From positions 12,758 to 76,757 of the forward strand of contig JBBRUX010000014.1 of NCBI GenBank assembly GCA_038247415.1: a DNA stretch of 64,000 nt, in the 5' to 3' direction. Of this stretch, positions 50,807-60,131 are shown piece by piece. The notes below the pieces were generated by a model that did not search any database, was not told the DNA's origin, and worked only from the letters and a program-made list of their open reading frames with translations. Positions within the stretch are counted from its first letter, which is position 1. The number at the start of each line of letters is the position of its first letter. This stretch comes from Chitinivibrionales bacterium. Lineage in GTDB: Bacteria > Fibrobacterota > Chitinivibrionia > Chitinivibrionales > WJKA01. Both the position numbers and the translations under genes were made by a program.

Positions 50807-52505
50807 TGAGTTTACAGACTCACTTTTAATGGGAAAACAAATGCGCATATGTCTTATGGTTCTTATGACCGTAGTATCCCTTTCGTATTCTGCAACCATC
50901 ACTTCCTACGGCCTGGGCAATAGCCTCATGGACGAATTCGATGGTATTCCAACCCTTGCTGCGAGCAAAGGAGACGTGTGCAATCATGGCCGGTACACCA
51001 TCCCCGGGTGCGGCATGAAGTGCCTCTGGGATTTGATTCCTGGTTTACCTCCCGGATTCTCGTCAAAGCGTCTCGATTGCGTGCTTACCGAGGCATTTTG
51101 CAATGGCGACGAGCTCAATATCGACGGTGACTCGAAGTACATGGGCTATTACTACGATGCATCCTTGGCCGTCAATCCCAATTGTCGCCTTCTTGTATTC
51201 ACGCAATGGATGTCAAAGGATTGGGGTTCCTGGAGTGTTTGGGAAACCCTGTGGCATAGCACAACACAGGACCTCTGTCCCAAATATGGCACGGCTGCCT
51301 ATCACGAGGGCCTGGTGCTTAAACTGAGAGCCATGTACCCGAGTAAGGAAGTTTCCCTGCTGCCCATCGGACACGTCATGGACCTTTTTGAGCACGAGGC
51401 AGCAGCGGGCAGAATACCTGGATACAGTGGCGCCTTTGGTCTCTTTGCCGACGGCATTCACCTCAACACCGACGGCAAGTATCTGCAGAACTTAACAGCC
51501 TACGCAGTGATGTTCAAGAAAGATCCCCACGGCGCAGGCTTGTCGTTTGCGCAATGGTCCGGGACAGAAACGGTGACGCAGGCCTTCGCCAACATCGCAG
51601 CCGATCTCGTGTGGAAGACCGTCACCGACCTGAGCACTCTCACCAATGTTGGATCCTCGACTCCCGGCAAGACTATCATCGCACGCATCGTAGCCGACAA
51701 GGCATCGGGAGCTGCGCCATTGACCGTCGCGTTTGACGGATCGGGATCTACAGGAACAAATCTTTCCTACGCATGGAAGTTCGGTGATGGACAAACAGGG
51801 ATCGGATCAAAAGTCAACCACATGTATCAGACAGCGGGTTCGTACAAGGCTGTTCTCACAGCAACCGGCGGAGCGGAGAAGGACTCGGCGCAGACCACGA
51901 TCACTGTCTCAATACCGGTGGAAGCCTACAAGATCAGCAAAACATCAAATATGCCTCTCATGGACGGAAGCGAGAGTACGCAGTGGCAGACTGCACCTGC
52001 GCAACCCCTTACCCACGCTCTCACGGGTGCACCCACGAACGCCGCGGATTTGTCCGTGCAATTCAGGACGATGTGGGACGCAACCAACCTCTATGTGTTA
52101 GTCAAAGTGACGGATGATATCGCCTCCAACAGCGCGTCAATGACCTATCAGAACGACGGCATCGAAGTCTATGTGGATGGCGATAACAGTAAGGGATCAT
52201 CCTATGACGCCAACGATATTCAGTATCGCATCGTTCGAGGAAAAACCAGTCTCGAGACATCGGGCACGGACAAGGCAACGGGAGTTGTGGTGACTCAGAA
52301 AGAGATTGCAGGGGGCTATACAGCAGCCTTCACCATTCCTTGGACAACTATCGGAACCACTGCCTCGGTCTCAAAAATGATCGGAATGGAAGTTCACGCC
52401 TTCGATAACGACGGCACAGCTTCGCGAAAGACGGTTTTGTCGTGGGCTGGCACAACCGACGATGCCTGGGCCACACCATCGGTTTTTGGGACAGCGCAGC
52501 TTGTC
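49970..52505 (+). repeat. Duplicated CBM9-like domain DNA (about 49970-50545 and 51930-52505)
   Basis: 59-bp exact match at 50213-50271 and 52176-52234 within a longer collinear similarity. Confidence 0.9.
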
Positions 52506-52721
52506 GAAACAGGAGCAACGACGATTCGCAATGCACACACGAGAAGCTCGGGCATTATAAACACTGTCCAGGGAGAGATGGTGAAGATGGTTGACATCCG
52601 TGGGCGGAGTATCAGACAGAATGATAATTCATCAAGTGTCATTGTCATTCAACTGACAAGCAAAAATAAGGCTGCGATTCCGCGAGTCGTTGTTTCTAAA
52701 AACAGCCGGAGGGTCTGGTGA
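50841..52721 (+). CDS. Secreted SGNH-like hydrolase + PKD + CBM9-like domain + T9SS-like tail
   Basis: LGNSL and DGIH motifs; GAAPLTVAFDGS..WKFGDG PKD motif; MWDATNLYV; VDIRGR. Confidence 0.7.
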   Translation: MRICLMVLMTVVSLSYSATITSYGLGNSLMDEFDGIPTLAASKGDVCNHGRYTIPGCGMKCLWDLIPGLPPGFSSKRLDCVLTEAFCNGDELNIDGDSKYMGYYYDASLAVNPNCRLLVFTQWMSKDWGSWSVWETLWHSTTQDLCPKYGTAAYHEGLVLKLRAMYPSKEVSLLPIGHVMDLFEHEAAAGRIPGYSGAFGLFADGIHLNTDGKYLQNLTAYAVMFKKDPHGAGLSFAQWSGTETVTQAFANIAADLVWKTVTDLSTLTNVGSSTPGKTIIARIVADKASGAAPLTVAFDGSGSTGTNLSYAWKFGDGQTGIGSKVNHMYQTAGSYKAVLTATGGAEKDSAQTTITVSIPVEAYKISKTSNMPLMDGSESTQWQTAPAQPLTHALTGAPTNAADLSVQFRTMWDATNLYVLVKVTDDIASNSASMTYQNDGIEVYVDGDNSKGSSYDANDIQYRIVRGKTSLETSGTDKATGVVVTQKEIAGGYTAAFTIPWTTIGTTASVSKMIGMEVHAFDNDGTASRKTVLSWAGTTDDAWATPSVFGTAQLVETGATTIRNAHTRSSGIINTVQGEMVKMVDIRGRSIRQNDNSSSVIVIQLTSKNKAAIPRVVVSKNSRRVW

Positions 52722-53752
52722 TAAAGAGCATTGTCAATCGGCACAACCTGATCGCCGCATCAGTGATGGTGGTTGCGCTGGGAGCCGCAGGATCGGCAGC
52801 AACCACCACGCACAAAGGGGGAATGGTCCTGATCCCGGCACAAGGGAAATCCTTTCTGATGGGACAGGCGGGCATTGCCGATACCGAGCATACGGTGTCA
52901 TTCACCTACAACTACTGGATGGACACTACCGAGGTAACTCAGGCCGACTTCGGGTCGCTGATGAACTTCAACCCATCCTACTATCCCAATGAGTTTGCGC
53001 CGGTGGAGATGGTGACCTGGTATGATGCGGCGCTGTACTGCAACAAGCGGAGCAAACGCGATCACCTTGACACATTCTATGTTTACACAGGCAAGAATGT
53101 CAACACAAACGGCAACGGCAACACCATCACCGGTCTTGTGAACCTAACCTACAGGCCGGATGGGCGTGGGTATCGTTTGCCAACCGAGGCCGAATGGGAA
53201 TTCGCGGCACGGACAGGGAGTGCAACGACTTACGATTGGGGAGACACGGTCAATGGCGACTATTGCTGGTATCAGGTGAACAGCAATCAAACGACCCATC
53301 TTGTTGCTCAAAAAAAGCCTAATTCATTCGGGCTTTACGACATGATCGGTAATGTGCTGGAGTGGACAATGAACGTGACGGCGCAGAGCAACTACGCTGC
53401 TTTGGCAGTTGCCGACCCGCAGCCAATCGTGAGTGGACTGGCCAGCGCTCGTGGGGGGAAATTCAGTTCCATGCCGAGCGAAATGCCGCCCGCTCTTCGG
53501 TACCGGTCTTTAGCTTCTTATGTGTCGTCGGGGACGTATGGGTTTCGGGTAGTGCAATCAGTTGATCTGGTTTCGATTGGAAACAGTCGACACAGTCAAT
53601 CGCCAGGATCGCATTCTTCAATAAAAAATTCATTTGGAATACGAGGGCGTTGTGGACTGTCGATTGCACACGGGAAAGGCAGATACGATTTACATGGCAG
53701 ACTGATTTCTGGCAAGGTCGCTGAAATGAAGATGAGTATGAGCCGGTTCTGA
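52718..53752 (+). CDS. Secreted FGE-sulfatase/SUMF1-fold protein with T9SS-like tail
   Basis: MDTTEVTQ, PVEMVTWYDA, YRLPTEAEWEFAAR, PNSFGLYDMIGNVLEW, YGFRVV. Confidence 0.88.
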   Translation: MIKSIVNRHNLIAASVMVVALGAAGSAATTTHKGGMVLIPAQGKSFLMGQAGIADTEHTVSFTYNYWMDTTEVTQADFGSLMNFNPSYYPNEFAPVEMVTWYDAALYCNKRSKRDHLDTFYVYTGKNVNTNGNGNTITGLVNLTYRPDGRGYRLPTEAEWEFAARTGSATTYDWGDTVNGDYCWYQVNSNQTTHLVAQKKPNSFGLYDMIGNVLEWTMNVTAQSNYAALAVADPQPIVSGLASARGGKFSSMPSEMPPALRYRSLASYVSSGTYGFRVVQSVDLVSIGNSRHSQSPGSHSSIKNSFGIRGRCGLSIAHGKGRYDLHGRLISGKVAEMKMSMSRF

Positions 53753-53822
53753 ATATCGACTATTATACTGTTCAAACGACAGGGGCTGGATAGCGAATAT
53801 TTTCCGAATTGATAGTTGCCTG

Positions 53823-54533
53823 ATGCACGAAAGCTCATCCGAAAACAGCGCTGCCGGCGGCGGCATTATTCACCATAACGTGTTTTACGGATATAATGCC
53901 ACGGTGTTTGCGTTTACGTCAACGGTCAGGAATCTCAAATTCTTCAACAACACCTGCATTGGTAGCGACAATCACGCGTCAGGTTTCATCTCATTAGCAG
54001 ACTCGCTTAGTGCAACTGATTCATTGACTATAAAAAATAATATCATCTGGAGTAAGATGTTGGGAGGGAGGTTCGTTTCGCTAGGCCCGAAAGCGTTGAT
54101 AGGAAGCCACAATGCCATGACGAATAACATCATTCGTAATTTGTCATTGAACATCACTGGCACGATTTCTGCAAATGATACTGTTGATCCTAAGCTTTAG
54201 ATGACGGGCGCAAAACCATTGCCGTTTTTCAATCCAGTCAGCTCAATCGGACTAACGGTAGATCGGGGAATCAATGTTGGATATCGATACAAAGGATCTT
54301 CGCCGGATATCGGAGCGTATGAATATGAATCGGGGACTAAGGTAGCTTCGATGCTGCCTTCTTTACCAATTGTATATCGAACAAAGAAGATAGGCTTAAC
54401 GTTGCAAGCTCAATTCGATATTGCTGCTCGGAGATTAATTGACTCAAAAGGAAACCCATCTTCCAAATCATCGGGCGAGTACGTTAGGCACATTTTAGGA
54501 GGAACATGGCTGAGGGAATCAATTATGAAATGA
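53823..54533 (+). pseudogene. 5'-truncated right-handed beta-helix protein with in-frame stop
   Basis: IHHNVF, FFNNT, IKNNII repeats; DPKL*MTG (TAG at 54198-54200); PDIGAYEY; no signal peptide. Confidence 0.7.
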
Positions 54534-54706
54534 ATACGAGCCTGCTATCAGTAATGGGTTTCGTGCCAAAGATGGTATGATTCTCTCTACCGTTGATCCC
54601 CAATACGCTCTCTATCTTTGAGAAGAAGATAGTTATGGATCTGCACGAACGCTTCGTATATATTATTGTGGTACCATAAACAAGCTAAACGAGCAAAGGA
54701 ACCGTT

Positions 54707-56245
54707 GTGCAATCGACCGATCAGGTGCCTATAAAAATTGACAAAAAAACGCTTTTCATCTGCCTTGCCTGGCCGCTTTTGGCTTTGTTGCTTTCTGCGA
54801 GATTGAATGTTCCGGGATTATGGTATGCGCCGTCTTTGTTGTTCTTGTTTCTGCTCGTCCTGTGCGCGTCTTCGTTTTTGCAGCAACGCTTTTTTTACTT
54901 GACATCCCGCTGGTTACCCTTTGGACTCTCTCTTATTGCTATCATCGGTATCGCGTTTTTGGGGATGATGTACTATTTTAATTATTCAAACTTCGACCAG
55001 GGTGATATTGGCTGTTACTTGTCGGCGTTTTGGAATCAGCATCACGGTGTCCCGGGAATGAATGCTCTATGGGGGAAGCCTATTCTGGCAATGCATTCGG
55101 AGTTTTTCATCATTCCCGTCTCATGGCTTTTTCAGCTTTGGCCAACCGCCCAATGGCTCCTGATCATGCAGACGGGGATCGTCTTTTTTGCCTGGATTCT
55201 GCTACGTAAATGGCTGGTCCGTTCGCTTCCAGACCCTGTTTCGGCGGAATGGCTTGCGTTGGGATTTGTTTGTCTGCCTGCGATTATCGTGCCACTGCTC
55301 AAGGGGTTTCATGGGATCACACTGGCATTGCCGTTTCTTGTTCTTGTCGGGACGGCCTTTGCAGATCGACGGTTTAAAAAATTTGCCGTATCGCTCTTCT
55401 TCCTGCTTCTTATCAAAGAAACATTTGTCCTGACCGCCTGTGCACTGGCTGCTGTGGCAATCATTACAAGGCGGGGAAAAAAGTGGTGGTTGTTTCCTCT
55501 GTGCGCAGGGCTTTCGTATGGTGTTTTTCTCAAACTGGTCTATTTCCCTTTTGTACTCAAGGACACTGTTTATTATTACGTCTATCTATTGCCTTCAGTA
55601 AAGGAAACCATGGGCCGGCTTGTTTCGCCCGAATCATTGCAGTATCTATGTTGGGTGATCACCTGCGGAGGAAGTTCTCTGGTCTGTTTTGGTCCGCTGG
55701 CTCTTGTCGCCGTTCCGTGCGCGGTTGTGAACATGCTGTTGCAAGGTGGGTTCTCACAGGTGCAATATCATTATATTCTAGAGCCGACGTTCTGGGCTTT
55801 TTTCGGGATGATTGCAGTTATGGCACGCAAACCGTTTTGCCCCCCTTCAACAATGCGGCTTATCGCACTGTCAACGGTGTTGACGCTAGTACTATTTTCT
55901 GGTCATTGGAGGCACGGCCTTCCTTCCCGGGCGCAGCACCCCTACAAAAGTTCCTACGCCGCAGCGCTAACTCACATTCGACAAGGTTTCACCGTCTCAC
56001 TCGGCGCCCCCCTTGCAGGACGACTATGGAAGTCGCGGTCGGTACGCTGGATGGTCTATGATACAACAGCGTTGTGGAAAACATCAGATCAGATGATAGT
56101 TCAAAAGACCAATGATCCCCCGTGGTGTCTACCTGATGAATTTACACAAGTGCAATTGAGGACCGATTGGTTTCGGACAAATTCCGATTTCGTGCCTGTG
56201 TTTGAGGATATGCAGGTTGTGGTATTTGAACGGAAAAAGAGATAA
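54707..56245 (+). CDS. DUF2079-like GT-C membrane protein
   Basis: GDIGCYLSAFWN, HSEFFIIP, GFHGITLALP, LIKE, QYHY; many TM helices. Confidence 0.75.
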   Translation: MQSTDQVPIKIDKKTLFICLAWPLLALLLSARLNVPGLWYAPSLLFLFLLVLCASSFLQQRFFYLTSRWLPFGLSLIAIIGIAFLGMMYYFNYSNFDQGDIGCYLSAFWNQHHGVPGMNALWGKPILAMHSEFFIIPVSWLFQLWPTAQWLLIMQTGIVFFAWILLRKWLVRSLPDPVSAEWLALGFVCLPAIIVPLLKGFHGITLALPFLVLVGTAFADRRFKKFAVSLFFLLLIKETFVLTACALAAVAIITRRGKKWWLFPLCAGLSYGVFLKLVYFPFVLKDTVYYYVYLLPSVKETMGRLVSPESLQYLCWVITCGGSSLVCFGPLALVAVPCAVVNMLLQGGFSQVQYHYILEPTFWAFFGMIAVMARKPFCPPSTMRLIALSTVLTLVLFSGHWRHGLPSRAQHPYKSSYAAALTHIRQGFTVSLGAPLAGRLWKSRSVRWMVYDTTALWKTSDQMIVQKTNDPPWCLPDEFTQVQLRTDWFRTNSDFVPVFEDMQVVVFERKKR

Positions 56246-56273
56246 TAATCCGGGCATTCCAGGTTCACCGCCG
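56243..56273 (+). repeat. 31-bp dispersed element, copy 1
   Basis: TAATAATCCGGGCATTCCAGGTTCACCGCCG; 23/31 identical to copy 2, gapless. Confidence 0.7.
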
Positions 56274-56579
56274 ACCCTCCTTACGGGCTCCCCCCCCCCC
56301 CCCGTTGGGAGCGACCGCGGAACACCCGAAGGGGTGTATTCAGATGCATTACCGCTTCGCGAGCCGGTCTTTCATGCCATGCGGCACTATGTGACTGAGG
56401 CATTCAAGACTTAAAGCTTCACTCCGTTTTGCTTTCACCCTCCAGTCCTGACTAATGCGATTGACATAAGAATGCTTGCGCCCAGATTCAAATTGTATGA
56501 AATCTATTAGTCGCGGCGTCCTACATGTCAAAGTAATATTTTTAAGCTAACGCAGGAGGGGTTCCATTCTTAAAGGTGC

Positions 56580-56800
56580 TATGCATATCAATCCGGGAAC
56601 ACACTCAAAGTGTTTTGTAAAGCTATCCGTAGCGATCCGAATTATTTTCGTCAACATTCTAGATGGTAACATCGGGCAGTGTCAAAAACTTTTCCAATGC
56701 TTTTTTGCTTAGGTCGTAGCGCGTGCCAAATCTAAACCCTGCGTAGAGTTCACCGAGAACGATTGTAAATATTAATACTTCTTCTGCGCTAATTGTGCTG
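56580..56800 (-). pseudogene. PIN/VapC toxin remnant
   Basis: AEEVLIFTIVLGELYAGFRFG..FL..VTI*NVDENNSDRYG*LYKTL, then a frame jump to KHFECVPGLIC. Confidence 0.75.
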
Positions 56801-57020
56801 TAATATAAACGAACTCTCATCATTCCAATTTTCTGTCTTCTATTTTGAACGTTTTTGCATATATCCATCATTCAGGACCGCAAGCATATTCACGTACCTT
56901 AATGGTTGTATGATCAGGCGTATTCTTCCCAAGGGGTTCAGGATGCATACTGTTCGCGTGAGTTCGTAGAAACCTGAAAACGCCATAGTCGTTTGTTGCA
57001 CAGGAATAGGGTATCAGGTT

Positions 57021-57075
57021 TTGCTTTGAACAAAAATATGATGTATAATAGTAATGTATACAGCTAATATATACA
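57021..57075 (+). promoter_or_regulatory. vapBC promoter and symmetric operator
   Basis: TTGCTT-17-TATAAT; TGTATA-N7-TGTATACA-N7-TATACA at 57042-57075. Confidence 0.65.
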
Positions 57076-57091
57076 CCCCACGAGGTATTCC

Positions 57092-57334
57092 ATGGTTCGC
57101 ACCCAGATTTACCTGACCGAAGATGAAAAAAACGGCCTCGAATCGGTAGCCTTGGCAAAAGGCCTAAGCCAGAGCGAATTGATCAGGCATGCGATCGACG
57201 ACCTACTCAGCAAAAGTGGTACGCCAGATAAGTCAGCGATCCTTGATGAAATTGCAGGAATTTGGTCCAACAGGAAAGATCTTCCCGATGTCCGTGACCT
57301 GCGTGCCGGATGGCGTCGGAGGCCTTCACGATGA
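57092..57334 (+). CDS. vapB: Ribbon-helix-helix (CopG) antitoxin
   Basis: MVRTQIYLTE..SQSELIRHAID; AGIWSNRKDL. Confidence 0.85.
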   Translation: MVRTQIYLTEDEKNGLESVALAKGLSQSELIRHAIDDLLSKSGTPDKSAILDEIAGIWSNRKDLPDVRDLRAGWRRRPSR

Positions 57335-57720
57335 GTAAATCCGTTATTGTCGATACCGACATCCTGATAGATTTCCTGCGCGGTGGTAAACAGGCCATCT
57401 CTTTATTCAAGGATGAATCAGAACCCATCTGTTTTTCCGCAATTACAGTGGCCGAGATTTACGCAGGAATCCGGGATCGCAAAGAGGAAGAAGATGTCAA
57501 GCGACTTTTTTCCCTGTATACGGTAGTTTCGGCGACGCATGAAATCGCTTTGGAAGCGGGGAAACTTGTGAAGAAGTACCGGTCGTCGCATTCGGTAGAA
57601 ATCCCAGATGCGATAATTGCCGCAACATGTCTTGTTTCTGATATGGAGTTGCTGACGCTTAATATCAAGCATTATCCGATGCTCAAGGGTTTAAAGCCGC
57701 CCTATCGAAAATCCAATTAA
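57331..57720 (+). CDS. vapC: PIN-domain toxin
   Basis: VDTDILIDFLRG, SAITVAEIYAG, DAIIAAT, LTLNIKHYP; ATGA overlap with the antitoxin. Confidence 0.92.
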   Translation: MSKSVIVDTDILIDFLRGGKQAISLFKDESEPICFSAITVAEIYAGIRDRKEEEDVKRLFSLYTVVSATHEIALEAGKLVKKYRSSHSVEIPDAIIAATCLVSDMELLTLNIKHYPMLKGLKPPYRKSN

Positions 57721-57731
57721 GCAAGCCTAAA

Positions 57732-57762
57732 TAAGAATTTGCACATTCCAGGTTCCTCGTCG
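57732..57762 (+). repeat. 31-bp dispersed element, copy 2
   Basis: TAAGAATTTGCACATTCCAGGTTCCTCGTCG, 11 nt after the vapC stop. Confidence 0.7.
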
Positions 57763-57912
57763 CCCCCAGATTTAAGATTTACAAGAGATTGCTAAATGAA
57801 TCAAAATTAAGATAATTCGACAGCCCGTCTTAATAGTCAACTTCACCACTTAGTAAACAGTATAAATAAAAAGCCAAGCATTCTCAGAGAAATTAGTCTC
57901 AGTATCCACCCT

Positions 57913-57992
57913 ATTCGGCCGAATATCTGCCATTTATGCACGAAAATCGTCTGAATGTCTGGCTAATTTGCACCAAAATCGCCCTAATATCT
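57913..57992. repeat. About 2.5 tandem copies of a 32-bp unit upstream of the AAA_14 gene
   Basis: TGCACGAAAATCG (57937) / TGCACCAAAATCG (57969); GAATATCT / GAATGTCT / TAATATCT at 57921, 57953, 57985; 34/48 matches at offset 32. Confidence 0.75.
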
Positions 57993-58027
57993 TAAATTAT
58001 TCTTACTTTTATTGTATCTTTTAACAT

Positions 58028-59291
58028 ATGAAGCGCGATATCAATCAAAAACTCATTGCATGGAAAATATCTCCTCGTCGAAAACCCTCTCTATTTAAAC
58101 TTTGAAGAGCTACCGGAACTTGGGGATCTTTTTAAAAGGAGCCTTGAACCAGAACGAATTTTAGGAATGCTTTCGATATATGCCCAGCGATCGATTGATA
58201 CCAAAAACGAACTGCTGATTTTTGATGAGATCCAATCGTGCAACGCAGCCTTAGCATCCCTTAAATATTTTCAGGAAAAACGTCCTGACGTACATATTGC
58301 AGTGGCAGGTTCACTTTTGGGATTAAAAATGTCTACACCGGGTACATTTCCCGTTGGGAAAGTCAATCTTTTACAACTTCACCCCATGACATTTCCGGAA
58401 TTTCTAGATGCCATTGGCCAGTCACGCTATCGGAATCTGATTGAAACTAGTGAACTGATCGAACCATTTGCTGAACCGTTTCATAACGATCTTATTGACT
58501 TATTGCGTATCTATTACTTTGTGGGTGGCATGCCAGAGGCAGTGCAGATCTATATTTCAACAAGCGATACAAACCAGGTGCGAGAAGTTCATAAAGAAAT
58601 TCTTGACACCTACGAACTCGATTTCGCAAAACATGCTCAAGCAACCGATATTCCTAAACCATCCGCTGTCTGGCACTCGATTCCAAATCATCTCGCCCGC
58701 GAAAATAAAAGGTTCGTTTTTTCATCTTTACGGCAAAGTGCCCGAGGACGCGACTATGCCGATGCCTTGCAGTGGCTTACCGATGCAGGGCTCATTTATA
58801 AAACCAAGGCCATTTCTCATGTAGAACTACCGCTTGCCGGGATGGCACATGAAGAAATATTTAAAGTATATGCTCTTGACATTGGACTTTTATCCGCTTT
58901 GGCAAACATTTCTCCAGCAATTTTAACGCATGGGTCAGAGTTCTTTCAGACATTCCATGGTGCATTCGTGGAAAATTATTGCGCGCAGCAATTGATTGCA
59001 TCCCAAGAATCGCAACTGTATTATTGGAAAAGTGAAGGAAAAAAAGCCGAAATCGACTTTATTTGTGAATTTGATGGAGCCATTTTTCCATTCGAAGTCA
59101 AGGCAGGAATAAATACCAAAAGCAAAAGTCTGCAATCGTATGATCAGTACTATAACCCAAAATTGCTTATTCGCAGCAGTTTACTGAATCTTAAGCATAA
59201 CGGAAAAATTCTCAACATTCCACTTTATGTAGCTGGATCGATACAGCGTTTTGTAAGTATGGCATTGATACAACCACACATTTTAAAATGA
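58028..59291 (+). pseudogene. AAA_14/DUF4143 ATPase-nuclease with Walker A deleted and frameshifted
   Basis: MKRDINQKLIAWKISPRRKP, then another frame LYLNFEE..IFDEIQ..AGSLLG..GGMPEAV..EIDF..PFEVKAG..IPLY; no GxRQVGKT. Confidence 0.88.
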
Positions 59292-59538
59292 TCTAATCGC
59301 GATAAAATAATCCTCTGTGTATCACGAGCAGGCTTGCTATTCAACTCCTCCCCACTGCTCACCACGCAATGTGATGGCCGCTGATGTTTGTGCCCGCGAG
59401 CACAAGTCCCTAATGCTAGTATGATCTTATTATATTTAATTATGCGAAAGCATCGGGCCTTCGACTATTATTTAGTATCAGACCATTGCAAAAAAAATAC
59501 AGTATACTAGCAATTACTTACATCAAAAGGATTTCACG

Positions 59539-60048
59539 ATGATCAATATAAACAACTATGAAGTGTGGTTTGTTACCGGAAGTCAACACCTCTATGGAGA
59601 GAAAACGCTCGCCCAGGTTGCAGAGAATTCTAAGACCATCGCCGATGCAATGGGTTTGGCACTGCCGATAAAGGTTATTTACAAACCGGTTCTCACGGGC
59701 CCCGATGCCATTGCAACGCTTTGTCGGGAGGCGAACAACTCACCGTCTTGCATCGGACTTATCTGCTGGATGCATACATTCTCTCCGGCTAAGATGTGGA
59801 TTGGTGGGTTCTGGCAGGATGCCGATGTGCAGAACGAACTCTCGGTATGGACACGGGTTGCAGCAGGATGGATCTTTGCAGGCGGAGCTCATCATACCTG
59901 CTTTACGCAGGAGATTACCCAGCAGTATCTTGAAATCTTCGCCGAAATGGCAGGAATGGAGTGCGTGGTTATTGGCAAAGATTCGATGGTCGACCAAATT
60001 CGCAAGGAGCTTCGGTGGAACGAGGCATATTATGACAGGGGTAGGTAG
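59539..60048 (+). pseudogene. araA: L-arabinose isomerase reduced to 169 aa by two in-frame deletions
   Basis: [27 protein letters not shown] / [12 protein letters not shown] / [17 protein letters not shown]; intact AraA is about 500 aa. Confidence 0.9.
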
Positions 60049-60131
60049 ATCGATACAATCAATAATCGAGATAGCGTGCCTTATAGGAAAGCATTCTCAG
60101 GATTACCTTGATTACTAAGCAAGGATAAAAT

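Noticed and set aside
53440..53560. FGE-sulfatase C-terminus (RGG..GFRVV) as a diversity-generating retroelement variable region
   Set aside because: No template repeat or reverse transcriptase seen in the window, and the region is followed by a sorting tail.
54198..54200. Pyrrolysine or stop-codon readthrough at an in-frame TAG
   Set aside because: The gene is also 5'-truncated, and TAG is a normal stop for many intact genes in this window.
57913..57992. CRISPR or guide-RNA mini-array
   Set aside because: Only ~2.5 degenerate units, no repeat/unique-spacer structure and no cas genes; kept as a tandem repeat.
58028..58110. Programmed frameshift producing an intact AAA_14 protein
   Set aside because: The Walker A segment is absent in all frames, so recoding could not restore it.
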